From Bacteroidota bacterium (GTDB taxonomy: Bacteria; Bacteroidota; Bacteroidia; Flavobacteriales; Flavobacteriaceae): a stretch of 64,000 bases of DNA. A program made the position numbers and the translations under genes. This document shows positions 63,947 to 64,000 of this stretch, one piece after another. Every line of letters starts with the position of its first letter. The stretch's first letter is position 1. Under the pieces are notes generated by a model, which saw only the letters and a program-made list of their open reading frames with translations, made no database searches and was not told the origin of the DNA. The stretch lies in the NCBI GenBank assembly GCA_039028295.1, contig JBCCIJ010000023.1, positions 1,322 through 65,321 of the forward strand, read 5' to 3'.

Positions 63947-64000
63947 GAAAATTAAATTAAATATTAATACTAAATCAAATAAACAACTCTTGATTCATAA

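Noticed and set aside
62259-63983. Repeated segments considered as a CRISPR array or sRNA repeats
   Set aside because: Spacing is irregular, there are no cas genes, and the repeats translate into conserved ORFs with synonymous variation.

Overview
AT-rich bacterial chromosomal window, inferred to be Bacteroidota (Flavobacteriaceae-like) from its T9SS C-terminal sorting domains, TAnnTTTG promoter boxes and heme operon layout. From left to right: a partial M43 metalloprotease, an exonuclease and a tailspike-like beta-helix protein (1-4.9 kb); a heme biosynthesis cluster hemA-C-D-E-F-B with an AraC regulator and hemH (5.2-20 kb); an accessory block (24-43 kb) with three TIR/STAND genes, an ECF sigma/anti-sigma/CHAT-protease locus with T9SS and S8 cargo, and an orphan DUF4157 (eCIS-effector-like) gene next to a membrane protein with 11-residue CxxW repeats; an MsrB-MsrA-redoxin-Grx/GNAT-SelO operon (43-49 kb); a ToxR-like beta-propeller sensor locus, a GH63 and an AraC; and a C39-peptidase ABC transporter with HlyD. 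The main finding is four tiny genes missed by the ORF track (21-22 aa; 62317-62385, 62547-62612, 62687-62752, 63881-63946, all minus strand) upstream of that transporter. Each has a double-glycine leader followed by a 6-residue core (SNPWFD, ASPWIA, AHPWLD, ASPWLE). Each is preceded by the same TTTATTTGA motif, three are followed by terminator-like hairpins, and a zinc metalloprotease lies among them. This is a candidate hexapeptide pheromone or RiPP export system, and the locus probably continues past the window end. No rRNA, tRNA, CRISPR array, integrase or transposase was recognised. All family assignments come from motif recognition by eye; no database search was run.
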